Source of the DNA: the human T2T-CHM13v2.0 reference genome, Homo sapiens
Direction: 5' to 3' (one strand)
Assembly: GCF_009914755.1 (NCBI RefSeq)
Contig: NC_060929.1
Length of the DNA stretch: 64,000 bases
This document shows, in pieces, positions 19,754-39,659 of the stretch. Below the pieces are notes generated by a model. It did no database searches. It was given only the letters and a program-made list of their open reading frames with translations, and was not told where the DNA came from. Within the stretch, counting starts at the first letter, position 1, and each line of letters begins with the position of its first letter. The translations under genes were made by a program, and so were the position numbers.

Positions 19754-20100
19754 GCTTGCTTTCTTTTCTTTCCTTCCTTCCTTTTCTTTCCTTCCTTTCC
19801 TTCCTTCTTTCCTTCCTTCTTTCTTTTTGACGAAGTTTCACTCTTGTTGCCCAGGCTGGAGTGCCATGGCGCGATCTCGGCTCACCACAACCTCCACCCC
19901 CCAGGTTCAAGAAGATTCTTCTGCCTCAGCCTCCTGAGTAGCTGGGATTACAGGATTACACCACTACACCACGCCCGGCTAATTTTGTATTTTCAGTAGA
20001 CACAGTTGGTCAGGCTGGTCTCGAACTCCTGACCTCAGGTGGTCTGCCGCCTCGGCCTTCCAAAATGCTGGGATTACAGGCATGATCCACGGTGCCCGGC
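19754..20100 (-). mobile_element. AluS with (TTCC/TTTC)n tail microsatellite
   Basis: TSD caacc(t/c)agatgctt. Confidence 0.92.
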
Positions 20101-20189
20101 CAACCCAGATGCTTTCTACTCCTCCATTTCCAGTTGGAGGCAGAGTTAGAATTCATAGTCCTAACCCACTCTCCTCTCTCCTCCACCTA

Positions 20190-20600
20190 GATCCTGTGCC
20201 TTCACCTCCTCCCAGCTTAGCTAACTCCTGCTGGACCACGAACCACTGCCACTTCCTAAGGAAAACCTTGCTATCCACATCTACCCCCAAAGCAAGCCAG
20301 TCCCCCTTTTATAAGCTTCTGAAGTAACCCGTGCTTCTGTTGAAGCATTCTTCATATAATTAGTGTTGTTTTTTTCATTTACGTAATGTAAATTTATATT
20401 ATATATTTTGTACATTCTATTTAATATTTTATGCTATGTAATATTTTATATAAAGTATAATTTTGTTAACAAATGTGTATAATTCTTTTAATGAATTACA
20501 TATTGACTGTAAACTCTGTGAGGGTGTAGGGACCGACTGACTTATTCATTGCTTTGTACCAGCACTGAGCCCAATGCCATCACTCAATTTTTGAACCATA
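20190..20600 (+). mobile_element. L2 3' fragments
   Basis: gactgtaaactctgtgaggg...ttattcattgctttgtaccagcact. Confidence 0.55.
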
Positions 20601-20860
20601 TTCTCTTTATAACATCACTTTAATTTTTCAGAGAAAATCTGCTCCTCAGCACAAGACTGACCCCCTTCTAGGTCTGCTATTGACTGCCTTATCAGGAATT
20701 CCCCTTTTGGGGATGCAGGCTGGGGGAGTTATGTGTTTTCTTTATTCAGCCTTCATGTCCCACAAAGCAGGGAAAAGATCTATGGTTGGATTTTGTGTTG
20801 TCTGAGGGATGTCTACATTGCCTTGAAATCTGAGGCAGGGCATTTAAAATACAGCTCCTT

Positions 20861-21140
20861 TGCCTGTAATCCCAGCGCTTTGGGAGGCCGAGGCTGGCAG
20901 TTCACTTTGAGACCAGGCGTTTGAGGGCAGCTGGGGAAACATGGCGAAACTCCATCTCTACAAAAAAAAAAAAAAAAAAATTAGCCAGGCATGATGGTGT
21001 GCACCTGTAGTCTCAGCTACTAGGGAAGCTGAAGTGAGAGGATCCCTTGAGCTCAGGAGGTCGAGGCTGCAGTGAGCTGTGATCACACCATACACTCCAA
21101 CCTGGGCAACAGAGTGAAATCCTGTCTCAAAAAATAAAAT
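20861..21140 (+). mobile_element. AluJ, slightly 5'-truncated
   Basis: TSD aatacagct. Confidence 0.9.
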
Positions 21141-21231
21141 ACAATACAGCTTCATTCATTGATCCTATTGAGATTTAAGAAAAGAATAGCATAAGGAAGC
21201 TCACTTTTCTTATTTGTTCTTCCTCTCAGTT

Positions 21232-21510
21232 GCTTTGTTTTGTTTGTTTGTTTTTTTGAGACGATGTCTTGCTCTGTCGCCCAGGCTGGAGTGTGGTGGC
21301 GCAATCTCGGCTCACTGCAGTCTCTGCCTCCGGTTTCAAGGGATTCTCCTGCCTCAGCCTCCTAACTAGCTGGGATTATAGGCATCCACCACCACGCCTG
21401 GCTAATTTCTGTATTTTTAGTAGAGACAAAGTTTCACTATGTTGGCTAGGCTGCGCCCACCTTGGCCTCCCAGATTCTGGGATTACAGGCAGGAACCACC
21501 AAGCCTAGTC
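21232..21510 (-). mobile_element. AluS with internal deletion
   Basis: Antisense Alu missing part of the left arm. Confidence 0.88.
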
Positions 21511-24272
21511 TCAGCTGCTTTTTTTACCCTTTCCCTCCCACCTTCTATCCACCACCCTGGCTCCAGGTAGAGAGAGAATTGGGTCATCTAAATTTTAAAA
21601 ACAAATTTTCTTTAGACAGGGTATCAATAGTCTCTGATTTGGAACTTTAGCCATATGAAAGGGCCTTGTAAGGGTCCTTTAGACTTAGCCACACATTTGT
21701 TTTTTGAAGATGTTCCCAATGAAATTGGACCTTATAAACTTTGTGCCTGATGATTTAAAGAACCCCCTTTTTCAGCTCTTCTCTTAAGAAATAGTGTTGA
21801 CATTTTCCACAGATCTGCTTGTGTATCTTAACTTCTCTTTCCTTTAAGTCATTTCTGACTTTTAGCAGTCTTTCCTTTAACTCCTCTCCTTTTGCTCAAA
21901 CCCAAAGTACCTGGAGGCCGTCCCTTTTGAGAACAGGTGGTGCCAATACGTAAATCCTTTAGGGAAGTTGGACAGGAAGGGAAAATAAATAAATCTCACC
22001 TGACACTCTCAGCAGGCCTGAAGAGCTTGTCTCAGAGGGCGGCAACGAGTCTCTTAGGAGGAAATGTCTGCAGAGAGTCAGGGTGTGAAGTGTTAATAGC
22101 AAGAACCCCGTGGTTGAGTGGTGCTCTGCCCTTGGCAGTGCAGTGTCCTGGGCCTCCCCTGGAACCTATTTTGAGCCTGTTAAGCATCTGGTGAATTGTG
22201 TATCTCAAGTCCTGAACTGGGACTGCTGCCACCCGCATAAAGCTCCAATCTGCACGGAGAAGGAGTGTGGTTTGCACCCCAGCCTGGGGAGCTAGAACAA
22301 GTTGGGATGCCCCTGTATCTGTGAAGAGTATTTGTGAGTCTCAAGGGAACAGTGCCACAAGGGAAAACTCTCTTATCAAGGTTTCCTCCCTACCCCACCC
22401 AGAGATTTAAGGAACTCCTCTGTTCAAATGCTTTTGTTTCTGTCCCCTTCCAGATTCTTCCAGATCACACTCTTCCCGGTGTGAAGTTCAAGAAATAATT
22501 TTTCTCGGTGTTTGTTTTTCCATGCAGGCCCTGGCTTTGATTTTGCTTTTGGATGCTTTCCGTTTTCTCTAAATAGGAGGGTTCCAAGTCTAGTGTGTGC
22601 TGTCTGCCTGTTATTTCCTGCTGAGAACACTTGGTAATGAAGTGAGTTCCTAGTACTCTAAAACATGTTTGTGGCTCAAAAGCCCATACCTGCTCATACC
22701 TCTGAAGTCAGGCCAGACAAGAGCAGAGGCCCCAGCTATTCATGCTGTGGGCATTTTCTCCCAGAGCTGGACTTTGATGTCTGCAGACACCTTCTCTTGA
22801 CATTTAAAAACCATCACAATGTTGACTGACTAATGGCATTGTAATATGTTTAAACATTTAATATTACCACAACAGAGCTTTTGAAACTCCTGCCTCAGGA
22901 AAGGGAAAAACTTGATTTTTTCCTTTTAAAGGAGGCAGATGAGCCAAAAGGAAGGGCTTTTGCCCAAATATTTGTGACAAATGGAGGGAAGATAAGAAAG
23001 CAGCTTTTCTGACCGGTAGGCCAGAACAGGGTGGGTGCTGGGAGAGGCGGGGGCTGTGCACACACACACACGTACATCTGATTTATTCGTGGTAGTTGCT
23101 TGTGTCCGTGGGAGCAGCCTAGCCTGCATGTTTTACAGAATATTCAGGGGTCAGCTGATCCCGCAGCCTCGCTGGAATGGGCAGCCTCCCAGGCTCCACC
23201 TTGAGTCTTGGGGCAATTCCAGGACCTCTGGGATCATCCTCGGAGTTCAGGTCAGGCCAGAAGGCGTTCTGTTTTCCTGGGAGTTAAGAGTCAGACTCCA
23301 GCTGATGGACCGGGAAGCAAAACAAGAGTCCAACATTGGTCTGTATTTTGAAAAACATCTGTCTCATCTCTCTCTGGCAGAAGAGCGTGGCTTGCAGTTA
23401 GCCCCACTCTGTGCTTAGGGTCTATACTAGCTCAATCCCCCAATGCCCAGCACCCAGGCATGCCCACACACACCCCCATCCTTCTCAATGCCATGATGTA
23501 GGCCCACCCAGCCCTCACAATACGTCTTTGCCTCAAGGGGCCAGCAGGGGCTCTGCCTCTAGGGTACATTTGCCCCAGCTTTCCAGCCCTCGAGTTTTAG
23601 AGTCCATTTCTGACTCTCTGCCTGTTCATGTGAACTTGATTTTTCCAGAGATACTTTTTTTCCAGACATGGCTACAGTTCCTTTTGTCCCACTCCTACCA
23701 CAGAACGTGTTTGGACCCACCACCCTGTGTGAGTTCACTTTTCAGGGCTTCCAGCCTGGACAGTCACAGCAGACCAGTTTAACTAGTTGACCTCTGATTA
23801 CTCAGAACATTTCTGACTGAGAAAGGAACTAACGGTAATTGGTATTTACTGTGTGGCAGGTGGGAATCCCACCATCTGAGTCCATTATCCCATTGAAGCC
23901 TCCTGTAGGTAGATGAGCCTGAGGGACTCATCTCTGAAGTTATATGGCTTTTCCAAGGGCCCAAATGGCAGTGCTGAGACCTGAACAAAGGATAATCTTG
24001 CACCAGATAGTTAATATTCAGATGAATTTGGATAAAGCTTTTTAGGTATTAGGGACAGAGAGTCCTAATCGGAAGGGGCCTTTTTTTGTTGTTTTTTTCC
24101 CACTACCAGCCCACAGATTGAACAGAAATCTTTGTGGATGCCTTTCATCCAACCTGGCTTCCCAAATATGCCTCCACCATCTTCTTTTACATCAGATTAG
24201 CTAAGTCCTGTCCATTCCTGACCAGCCTGTTTTGACGACTGTTACTTCCCACCATCTCCTTTTTGGGAAATA

Positions 24273-24648
<376 letters not shown>

Positions 24649-24651
24649 TAC

Positions 24652-25207
24652 TGATAGGGCTCCGATGAGTGGAGCAACACCAGGTTCTTCCTCTCCAGTC
24701 AAATTAGATAAAACGACACGGACACACGTGGAGTGGTTTTAAGGAGTGGTAGAGAGTTTAATAAGCAAGAAAGAAAAGAGAAAGCAGAAGGAAGAGGCTC
24801 TCCCATACAGAGACGGAGGAGAGCTCCAAAGCCAAAAGAAGAGACCCCCAAGTGGGGTGGAAACCAGCCAGGTATGTGTAGAGGCTGGAGGAGGCAGTGT
24901 CTGATTTGCATAGGGCACAGGGGATTGGTTTGACCAGACATGTCATTCATGTAACCTGCAAAAACATTGGCCCTCTCACCCTAGCCTTTTAATATGCAAA
25001 TACAGGGCACCATGATGTTCTACACACGGGGGGATATGTTGCCAGGCACGTGTGGGGCAAGGGCAAGAAGACAACAGTGAGAATCGCCATGTTTGGGTAG
25101 ACCCAGTTTCTAATGGCCTGTATTTGCATATCAAAGGTTACCGGCTCTAAGAGCTAGGGCTTTACAAGAAACTGCTTTCTGGAGCTGCTTTAAAAATGGA
25201 AACTTCG
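24652..25207 (-). mobile_element. ERV1 (MER4-group; LTR25/MER83/MER84-like) solo LTR, 5' end missing
   Basis: Begins tgatagggctccgatgagtggag (LTR 3' ...TCA on -); ATTAAA on - at 24757-24762; CCAAT and octamer motifs. Subfamily uncertain. Confidence 0.75.
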
Positions 25208-25515
<308 letters not shown>

Positions 25516-25682
25516 TTAAAATGCAATCCTTTATCAAGTTAAAGTGGGGCAAGTCCTCCTTGGGTTGTTTGAAGCTGCAGCCCTTCTCCTCATCCAAACC
25601 TGGTCATGATGAGCAGCATTAGGATGGGACTTTGGCATAGGGAATCCCAAGGTCATGGTAAGGGTTTTTGTTTTGTTTTTTG

Positions 25683-25880
25683 GGAATCAGACAGAGGCAG
25701 AGTTGAATCCCAGCTCTACTGTTTTCAGCTTTCTGACCTTGGGCGAGTTAATCTCTTTAAACCTCAGTTTTCTTACCTTTAAAAGACAGATTATGAATTC
25801 TACCTTGGTAGGGTTGTTTTAGATTGAAATGAGCTGATGTGTGTGTGCAGTTAACACAGTACACAGACTATAGGTACTGT
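25683..25880 (+). mobile_element. MIR
   Basis: ttgaatcccagctctact...tgaccttgggcgagttaa...cctcagttttctt. Confidence 0.85.
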
Positions 25881-27590
25881 AGTTAATATTGTACCTCCCC
25901 CCATGTCTTTTATAAAACCCACGTTAGTTTTTGGAACTCCTAAAATAAACATACCATTAAAAGCAAGCTTTGCATTTTCAACATTTGTGTTTGTGCATCC
26001 AACAATTTAGGGTTTCCTTAATGCTTCACTTACCATTATTTTTAAATTAAATCCCAGTAGATAAATTCAAATGCCTCTGCATTTTCCTGTCTGAATATAA
26101 CTGAGAACCAGGGGTCGCAGAGAGATTGAACCCATCACAGTTTCAGTTGTCAACAGACCCATGAAGAGTGCACTGATCAGAATCCAAGACTTAAAAGTTG
26201 CTCTGTCAACATCTGTAAAGACATGGCTTATCCGTTTTTCTAGGCCAGGGTTCTGTTGGTTTAGTTTTCTTGTAATCAAAGTCCTATAAACCAAGAGGAA
26301 AAATTCGAAAGAATTGTGAAGACAGATGAACAACAGGGAAAATATCCGACTAACTTGGCTTCTAAGGAGTATCCTTTGCTTGGGGAGGAAGGTCACAGAA
26401 CTTAGCAAGCCAGTCTGCATGAGCCATCGTAGATTAGGGGACTTGCCGGCCCCACCAGCCTGCCTGCCACAGAGCCTCTGAAAAGAAAGAGAAAATCAGA
26501 TCTTCAAAAATGCTCCGTACACTGTAGAGAAGAGATTCAGGAGAACAGTGCGTGACCTTAGCCAGAACATGTTGATGGGGATAGTCATTTTTGCAATTTC
26601 TTGAATATCTTTTCTCTGCTGGTTTCAAAATTGTGAAGTAAATTCAGAAAAGAAGCCCACTATTTTGATGGAAGCTGTTTTGACATAAGTGAAACCAGGC
26701 TTGGCACAAGGTGGAAGCAGGCTCTGGCCCAGGGAATGGAGCGGACGCTGGGAAGAATTGAGGCAAGCTGAGGAAATTGTTTCAAGATGGAGCTGGATCC
26801 ACTTGAAAGGGAAGGGAACTGGAGGGTACAGACATGCCGTCAATGTTTGAATTTGTGTGTGAGGAGCATCAAGTGCCTTCTGAGATACATGGACCCACGG
26901 GAATCTCCCTTCTTTTAGAGTCACCTCTGAGGAAGGTAAGGAGAGTGGCCGCCTTTTGGATGCTGCACTATGCGGGCTTGAGGATTACTTACTGGCCCGT
27001 TGTGACCTGTTGGATTTGGCTGGTTTGGAGAAAGTCAGGCAGAAATGGCAAATGTGCCAGCAGCTCTCACAGTGGAGGAACATGGGAGATGTGGCAGGGG
27101 CAGTGTGCAACTCAGCCCTTAGATCATCTTTGACACACTTTTCAGGGTGTGGTGGCCTTGAGGTTAGAAGATACATCAGACATAATCTCTGAGATACGGT
27201 CTGCCCTCAGTTATCCCTGGGCGTTGATAGTAGCCTCTTCCAAGGCAAGGCTAAGGGCACTGCTATGTGTAGGAAAGCACAGGAATTGCCACGGGCAGTG
27301 CACCTGGCAGGGCTGAAGACTTGGGGAGGAGGATGCCCTGGATTTTCTGTTTTTCAGCCCTGGGCAATCTTCAGCTCTGAAGGACAAGTCATAGCAAAGC
27401 CCCCTGTGATAGGAAATACATGTTTTTGGCTGGTCCAGGGAGCAGGGCACAGGGGAGGTTTGGAAGCTTATTAGCACATGAGCTGGGCCAAGAAAGTAGA
27501 GAGATTTGGACACAAATACATAGAGAAAGTAAAAAATAAAATGCAGTTGATATGATTGCATGGTAACATGAATATATTAGCATACACAAC

Positions 27591-28495
<905 letters not shown>

Positions 28496-28819
28496 AAAAC
28501 ATGTCATATACTATTACTTTAGCAGTGTTTGGAGCTTTTGTTAATGAGGAAAGACTTGGTTGCATGATGACAAAGTGGAGTTGATTTGTGACGTTGGAAT
28601 GGTGGGAATAATGTGGAGAGGATGCTTTGGAGGTGGAAGGGGCCACCAGGGGATTCATGGCCTAAACTAAATGGAATGGTAGATACTCACTGGACTGATG
28701 TGAGGGGAAGGGATGTGTGAGATGCTAGCGGGACTATGAGATCTGTCTCTTCAGGGTAATGGGGCATGTTAGGAAAGTGAGAAGGAAAGTGAGAAAGATA
28801 ACACCAAAAGGACATGTTC

Positions 28820-29163
<344 letters not shown>

Positions 29164-29179
29164 TCACAAATTGAGATTT

Positions 29180-29400
29180 TGTAGGGGGTAAGTGGCTCTA
29201 GAGATAGAAAGTGGTGGCTGGGATTAGAATGGGCATTAACTGTGAAGTGGGCATGAGGGATCTTATTAGAGTGATGAAAATGTCCTAAACTGATTTATGG
29301 TGATGGTCACACAACTTGGTAAATTTCCTAAAAATCACTGAATTATACCTTTGAAACAGATGAATTATATATGTTGGATATGCCTCAGTAAAGTCATCTT
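29180..29400 (+). mobile_element. L1M (MC/MD-type) 3' end
   Basis: gtgatgaaaatgtcctaaactg...ggtgatggtcacacaact...cactgaattatac...cctcagtaaag. Confidence 0.75.
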
Positions 29401-29503
29401 TTAAAGAGTCTCTTTTTTTGTTTTTAATGGATCTTTTCATGGACCAGCATTTTTTTGTGGTGCCGCCACTGTGCTGGTGCATGAGGGTGCACAGACTAAA
29501 TAG

Positions 29504-29812
<309 letters not shown>

Positions 29813-29881
29813 TAAATAGTTTTACAAAGGGCAAAAATAGGCAATTCTCAAGACAAATGATTACTAAGAATTTTGACCTCA

Positions 29882-30346
<465 letters not shown>

Positions 30347-30519
30347 CTAAATTGTCACCCTCTTGCTAAAGGAAAGATTGGCAGTACATATGAAAGAATT
30401 TGAATGTGCTTATGATCCAGTAAGACCTTTGACCTAGGAAATCCCCCTAAAGGTATTTATCTTCAGGAGACTTCACCATCAACATGCTGACACTTTGCAC
30501 ACTTTTATCTTCGGACCAG

Positions 30520-32250
<1,731 letters not shown>

Positions 32251-33355
32251 TTGTAATGAACAACTAGTAATTTTATGAACAAAAATAGCATCATGTCAAG
32301 AGGAAGAAAAGTGAAATGAGTTCCTACATATGTGTTCTGATGTTCCTCAGTTCCCTGATGAGGTGAGACTGACTCAATCATGTACAGCAAAGTCTGACTC
32401 CCACCACTCCCTGTTGTACCACCCCTCCAGGAAAATGTGGCAAACCTCATCAAGATAAGTTGTGTGGTAGAGCTGTGTGTCTAGAGTTCTAATTTGATTG
32501 TGTATAGACTGCAGGTAAATCTTAGAGAATTATAAGGAACCTTGATCCACTCACAGTAATTTAATAAAGAAATGCAATCACTGGCAAATAGAAGCCTAGA
32601 GATTCTCTCTCTTTTTAGGGCCAGTATCTCTGCAGTACGTTTTATAAAATCAGTTCTCATTGTTGATCAAGAATTTTCTGCTTCATTTAGCTTCTGAGTT
32701 CCTATTTCCAACAGGTGTATGGGTGCTGTAAAACGCTTTTATTGATTCATAAAGAAAGGAGGTGCATGAAAACCTTTGAGGAAACCAAATCTTCATGTAA
32801 GCTTACGTGATAGAAAGGCCATACTGTTATTCCCTTCCTGTGATGCTTTATGGGAGTTGAAATGTGCAGTGCATCATATTGGTGGAGTTACTTTGTTGTA
32901 AGAGTGTAAATTTAAGTCATTCATGATAGTTCGAGATGTGAACTTTCAAGATCAATATGAAAGTGAAACTTTGTTGCATGGAGATCAAAATAATTTTTTT
33001 CATTGATCATATCATTTAGCTGCTTTTTATCTGGTGTTTTCTGTAGTTCTCCCTCTTCGTACTCCTTAAATCTAGGAGCTCTTAGCAGTAAACAGAAAAA
33101 GAACTACCTCTGCTTCAGCACAGAGGGATATTGCAGCTAATGGTCCAATGAGTGCCAAGAGGTGGAATTTAACCAGGGAAAGGTGGAGGATGGACACTTA
33201 ATGCTGATTGACACAAATGTAGCTGCTGCCTTAGAAGCTGGTATCCTGAATTTAGTTAGAGTGTTATGCAATCATAGAGTAAAATATCTATCTCTTTCTT
33301 ACTCCTCTTAATATAATTCTACCTCTGTTCTCTCTTAAAGAGAAGTTTATTTTCA

Positions 33356-33987
<632 letters not shown>

Positions 33988-34149
33988 TATTTTCAATATT
34001 GGTTTGAGTTTTAAGATGCGTATTGGTTTATATTAATCATTGGTATCAAGAATAGAATGTCATTGAGCTCCTTTTACAGGCTTAATGTTGGGGAAAAGAC
34101 CAATTATAAACTGACTTATTTTGTGTATTTTCCCATTATACATCGAGAA

Positions 34150-34330
34150 CTATGGTTTTACTCGTAAGCTACCAAGCTAATGCACCAGAGTTTTATGGAT
34201 GTCGGCAGAAGACAGACTCCTGGCTCAAAGATGAAAAACGTTCATTACTGACAGAAATAGCAGTATCCAGAGTATCAGCATATTTGCACTGGCTTCCTAA
34301 GCCCCAGTTCCTTCAGGGCAGTATGGACCT
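34150..34330. mobile_element. Old ERVL-type LTR fragment (MER54/MER74-like)
   Basis: attactgacagaaatagcagtatccagagtatcagcat...agccccagtt resembles the remembered consensus. Confidence 0.4.
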
Positions 34331-34384
34331 CTGTCTTGGTGTATAGATGAGTGTGACTTAAATTCCACTGCTAAACTATGTGGT

Positions 34385-34538
34385 GTCTGGGTGCAGTGGC
34401 TCACACCTGTAATGCCAGCACTTTGGGAGGCCAAGGCAGGAGGATTGCTTGAGCCTGGGAGGTTGAGGCTGCAGTGAGCCATGATTGTGCTACTGCATTC
34501 CAGGGACATAGTGAGACCGTGTCTCAGAAACAAACAAT
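34385..34538 (+). mobile_element. Alu monomer (FRAM-like)
   Basis: TSD aaactatgt. Confidence 0.85.
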
Positions 34539-34751
34539 AAACTATGTAATGGTAACAAGATTTGGTAGTTGATAATTTGAATTGGGCGTGAATGACTAAT
34601 AATGTATCATTGGTCAGAAAAAAATCTCGAATAAATATTTACCCTAATTATTTCTTCACTCAGCGTGTGTCTCCCAATTTAAATTTTGTGATAACAATAA
34701 TTAAATGTACACATTTTGTAATGAAGAAGACATATTTGTTTATTTGTATTC

Positions 34752-35112
34752 TGTATTAGTTTTTCACGCTGCTAATAAAGACACACCCGAGACTGGGTGA
34801 TTTATAGAGGAAAGAAGTTTAATGGGCTTACAGTTCCATGTGGCTGAGGAGGCCTCACAATCATGGTAGAAGGCAAATGAGGAGCAAAGTCACATCTTAC
34901 ATGGCAGCAGGCAAGAGAGCATGTGCAGGGGAATTTCCCTTTATAAAACCATCGGATCTCGTGAGACTTACTCACTCTCACGAGAACAGCACGGGAAACA
35001 CCCACTGCTATGATTCAGTTACCTCCCACCAGGTCCCTCCCATGACATGTGGCAATTATGGGAGCTACAATTCAAGATGAGATTTGGGTGGGCACCCAGC
35101 CAAACCATATCA
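34752..35112 (-). mobile_element. THE1 (B/C-like) solo LTR, complete
   Basis: tgtattagt...ccaaaccatatca with perfect 5-bp TSD tattc. Confidence 0.93.
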
Positions 35113-35409
35113 TATTCCCTGCTCTAGATTCCAGATAAGGGAGAGGAGGGAGGCGGTGCTCAGCCCCAGCCATTTATGCTGAGTAGAGGAGGTGAGAAGT
35201 AGTTGGTAGTGACTTCCTCAGTCTCTTCCTTCAGCGAGCAGTTGGAGTGCACTGTTCTAGTCACATCTATTCCTAGGCCTAGACTCTGACCTGTTTTCAA
35301 AGTCTCATATGCCTAAGCCCTGGCTTGCTCTCTCTCCCTTTCTTTATTAGCAAAGAAATCGATTATCTTCAGGAAAGGTATTATGAGCACACTGAAGGTA
35401 TCAGTCACT

Positions 35410-35627
35410 TTTTTTTTATTTATTTTTTTTTTTTTTGAGACAAGGTCTTACTCTGTAACCAAGGGTGGAGTGAGGTGGCAGAGTCATGGCTCACTGCAGC
35501 CTCGACCTCCTAGGCTCAAGCGATCTTCCCGCCTCAGGCTCCCAAGTAGCTGGGAGTACAGGTGTGCACCACCACACCTGTTAATTTTTTGTAGAGATGG
35601 AGTCTCACTATGCTGCTCAGGCTGGGA
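35410..35627 (-). mobile_element. AluJ, 5'-truncated
   Basis: TSD tatcag(t/c)cact. Confidence 0.88.
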
Positions 35628-36291
35628 TATCAGCCACTCTTACTAGACAGTATTCAGCCAAAAAAATTCCACCTTGAGTCCCCTAAGGACAATTTGACTC
35701 TGTCTAGGGAGGCTTTTGGAATCTGTGAGGAAATTCAGTGTAGTAGGGAGGCGATACCTGAGAGAGAGTGCCCTTGGCAACCTGGGTCCCATCCCTCTTA
35801 TGGAGCTGTCCAAACTTGCCCCCATTTCTCAGCTAGGACTTCCCTGGGAAATTAATCTGTATAGATTTAACACTTCCTCTCAACCAGTTGTTCTCTGGGA
35901 ACCTGTAGATTTACAGCATCAGACAGTTCTCTGAGTTAATTAGGCTTAGCAGGTTTTCAAAAGACCACAAACAGCTTTGTAGCCTCCCATTACTTCTTAG
36001 GGGAGGGAAAATCCTGGGCACAAACAATTAATTGCTCTCCGTCCATCCTGTGTGTCCAACAAGGTGACTATTAGCAGCTAGTACTGTCCTATAAACTCAG
36101 ACCCTGTCATAATAACTCATCTGTAAACATCCCCTTGTGGTTGGTGTTTATTCTCCTGTTGTCTGTGTAGGGACCTGACATACTCAGATGAAGTAAGAGT
36201 GCCTGCTTTGGTGAAAAGTCTTCAGAATTCTCTTGTGTTTATGGCATTGTAGTACAAGCCAGTGCCCAGTGGTGGTGATACAAGTTACTTT

Positions 36292-36772
<481 letters not shown>

Positions 36773-37305
36773 CCAAGTTACTTTGAATTGCACACATAGA
36801 CATCCATGGTTCAGCTTGGCAGTACCCGCCATGGGTTCACACTATGTGACAGGCATTAATAATTGATGGCTGAATGCCCAGGATGATTTTCAGAGGTACC
36901 TGGAAATTGTTTCTTCCAAAGGTTTTGGCAAAACAGTCAAATATCAAAACTATACAGCTGCCTCAAGCCCTCTTTTAATAGAATCCCGGCATAGATAAAT
37001 TGTGTATGTCTTCAGCTTTCTGACATCTCCCTGTATTTGGCCCTCTCTTATCTATTTTCTTGTCTTTCTTGGTCTTTAAACTCCAGGCAGCTTTATTCCT
37101 CCAGCTGTTCTAAGCCCCCACCCTCACCCGCCAACCTCTTCCCAGGACTCCCACCCTTGGAGAGCCCAGACTCCAGAATTATGATAGAGCATCAAGGAAC
37201 AGAGGAGTTGCTCAAAACTTTCTTTGAGATAAGGCACCTTTTGCGGGAAAAGGAGGAGGACGTGATGTGTCCAGAATAGGCCTGGTGAGGTAAAGAACTA
37301 CAACT

Positions 37306-37629
<324 letters not shown>

Positions 37630-38052
37630 CTAAAACTCAGAACCGCATTTCTGGATACTGTGGTCTTTCCATTTGTCTTAAAGTCATCCTGCAAAGGTCA
37701 AAGTCAAATAAATCTTAATTGAATTAATAATTTTGCATGCCAGAGGAAAATTGCAAATTAAAAAAATATGTGATGGAGAAGCATCTGAAAGACTAACCAT
37801 ACCTGTTTATGGAGAGGAAGCCTTCTGTTTTTCTAGAGGACATGATTGTATTCCATTTCTTTCTCAAATACTGACTTCAGAGTTTACTGTAATGATTCTA
37901 ATGCTGGGTAAGGATCCTACTGAACAGAAAAAGGGACTTGAATGTATGAAATAGTCAGAAGGGGTTGGAAAAGTTACATAAATCATTTAAATACACATGG
38001 ATGGAGAATGCGGAGGCCTCATGTTGAAGGTGGTTTAAAGAATTCTAAGAAT

Positions 38053-38343
38053 GGCCAGGCATGGTGGCTCACGCCTGTAATCCTAGAACTTTGGGAGGCC
38101 GAGGTGGGCGGATCACGAGGTCAGGAGATCGAGACCATCCTGGCTAACATGGTGAAACCCCGTCTCTACTAAAAGTACAATTAGCCAGGTGTGGTGGCAG
38201 GTGCCTGTAATCCCAGCTGTTCAGGAGGCTGAGGCAGGAGAATGGTGTGAACCCGGGAGGCGGAGTTGGCAGTGAGCCAAGATTGCACCGCTGCCCTCTA
38301 GCCTGGGCGACAGAGCGAGACTCCATCTCAAAAAAAAAAAAAA
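38053..38343 (+). mobile_element. AluSc/Y-type Alu
   Basis: TSD aagaattctaagaa. Confidence 0.93.
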
Positions 38344-38902
38344 GAATTCTAAGAAAATACCCCCTATTTAAAGTCTCTCACCAGCTTGCTGCAGCATCCG
38401 TAATTCATTCATTGCCCTTTGTCTGCAGGAAGACCTTAGAAAATTCAGTGTCCAGGAAGGAATAAAATAACCTGTCATACAGTTTCTTTAAGGTGACAGG
38501 GTCTTATTTATTGCCAGGAAGCTGGAGAGGACAGGGAGATGGTGCTGAACTCAAGATAAACTCCTCTTGGCTTTGTCATTTTGCCAAGAATGGACCCTGC
38601 AGAAGAAGTAAAATACTGTCTCAGTCACAGGCACCTTCCAAGTTTCTTGGAACTTCCATGAGAGTACAGGGGAGAAAGATATCTAAGTTCTTATACTCTG
38701 AATCAATAGGCCAGACTTTTTGGTACTGAAAAGGTCTCTGCATACCACTCATCGTGTTGTTTAGAGATTTAACGTATTTAATAAAAAGTAGATTCCCAAA
38801 AAGCAATTTTAAATGAATTTTGTCTCCGAGCTAAATCTTTTTCAGGATGATCGTAAATGTTTCAGAGGCCTAAGACAACTTGGAGATAAAATGAATATTT
38901 CT

Positions 38903-39540
<638 letters not shown>

Positions 39541-39659
39541 GTTCTTAGGTAAATAGTGTCTATGAGGCACCTACTCAAAGAATGAACTCAAAATTTGCCC
39601 ATAATAATACTGTATTCACTAGGAACACAAAATTTGCCCAATAATACTATGTTCACTGT

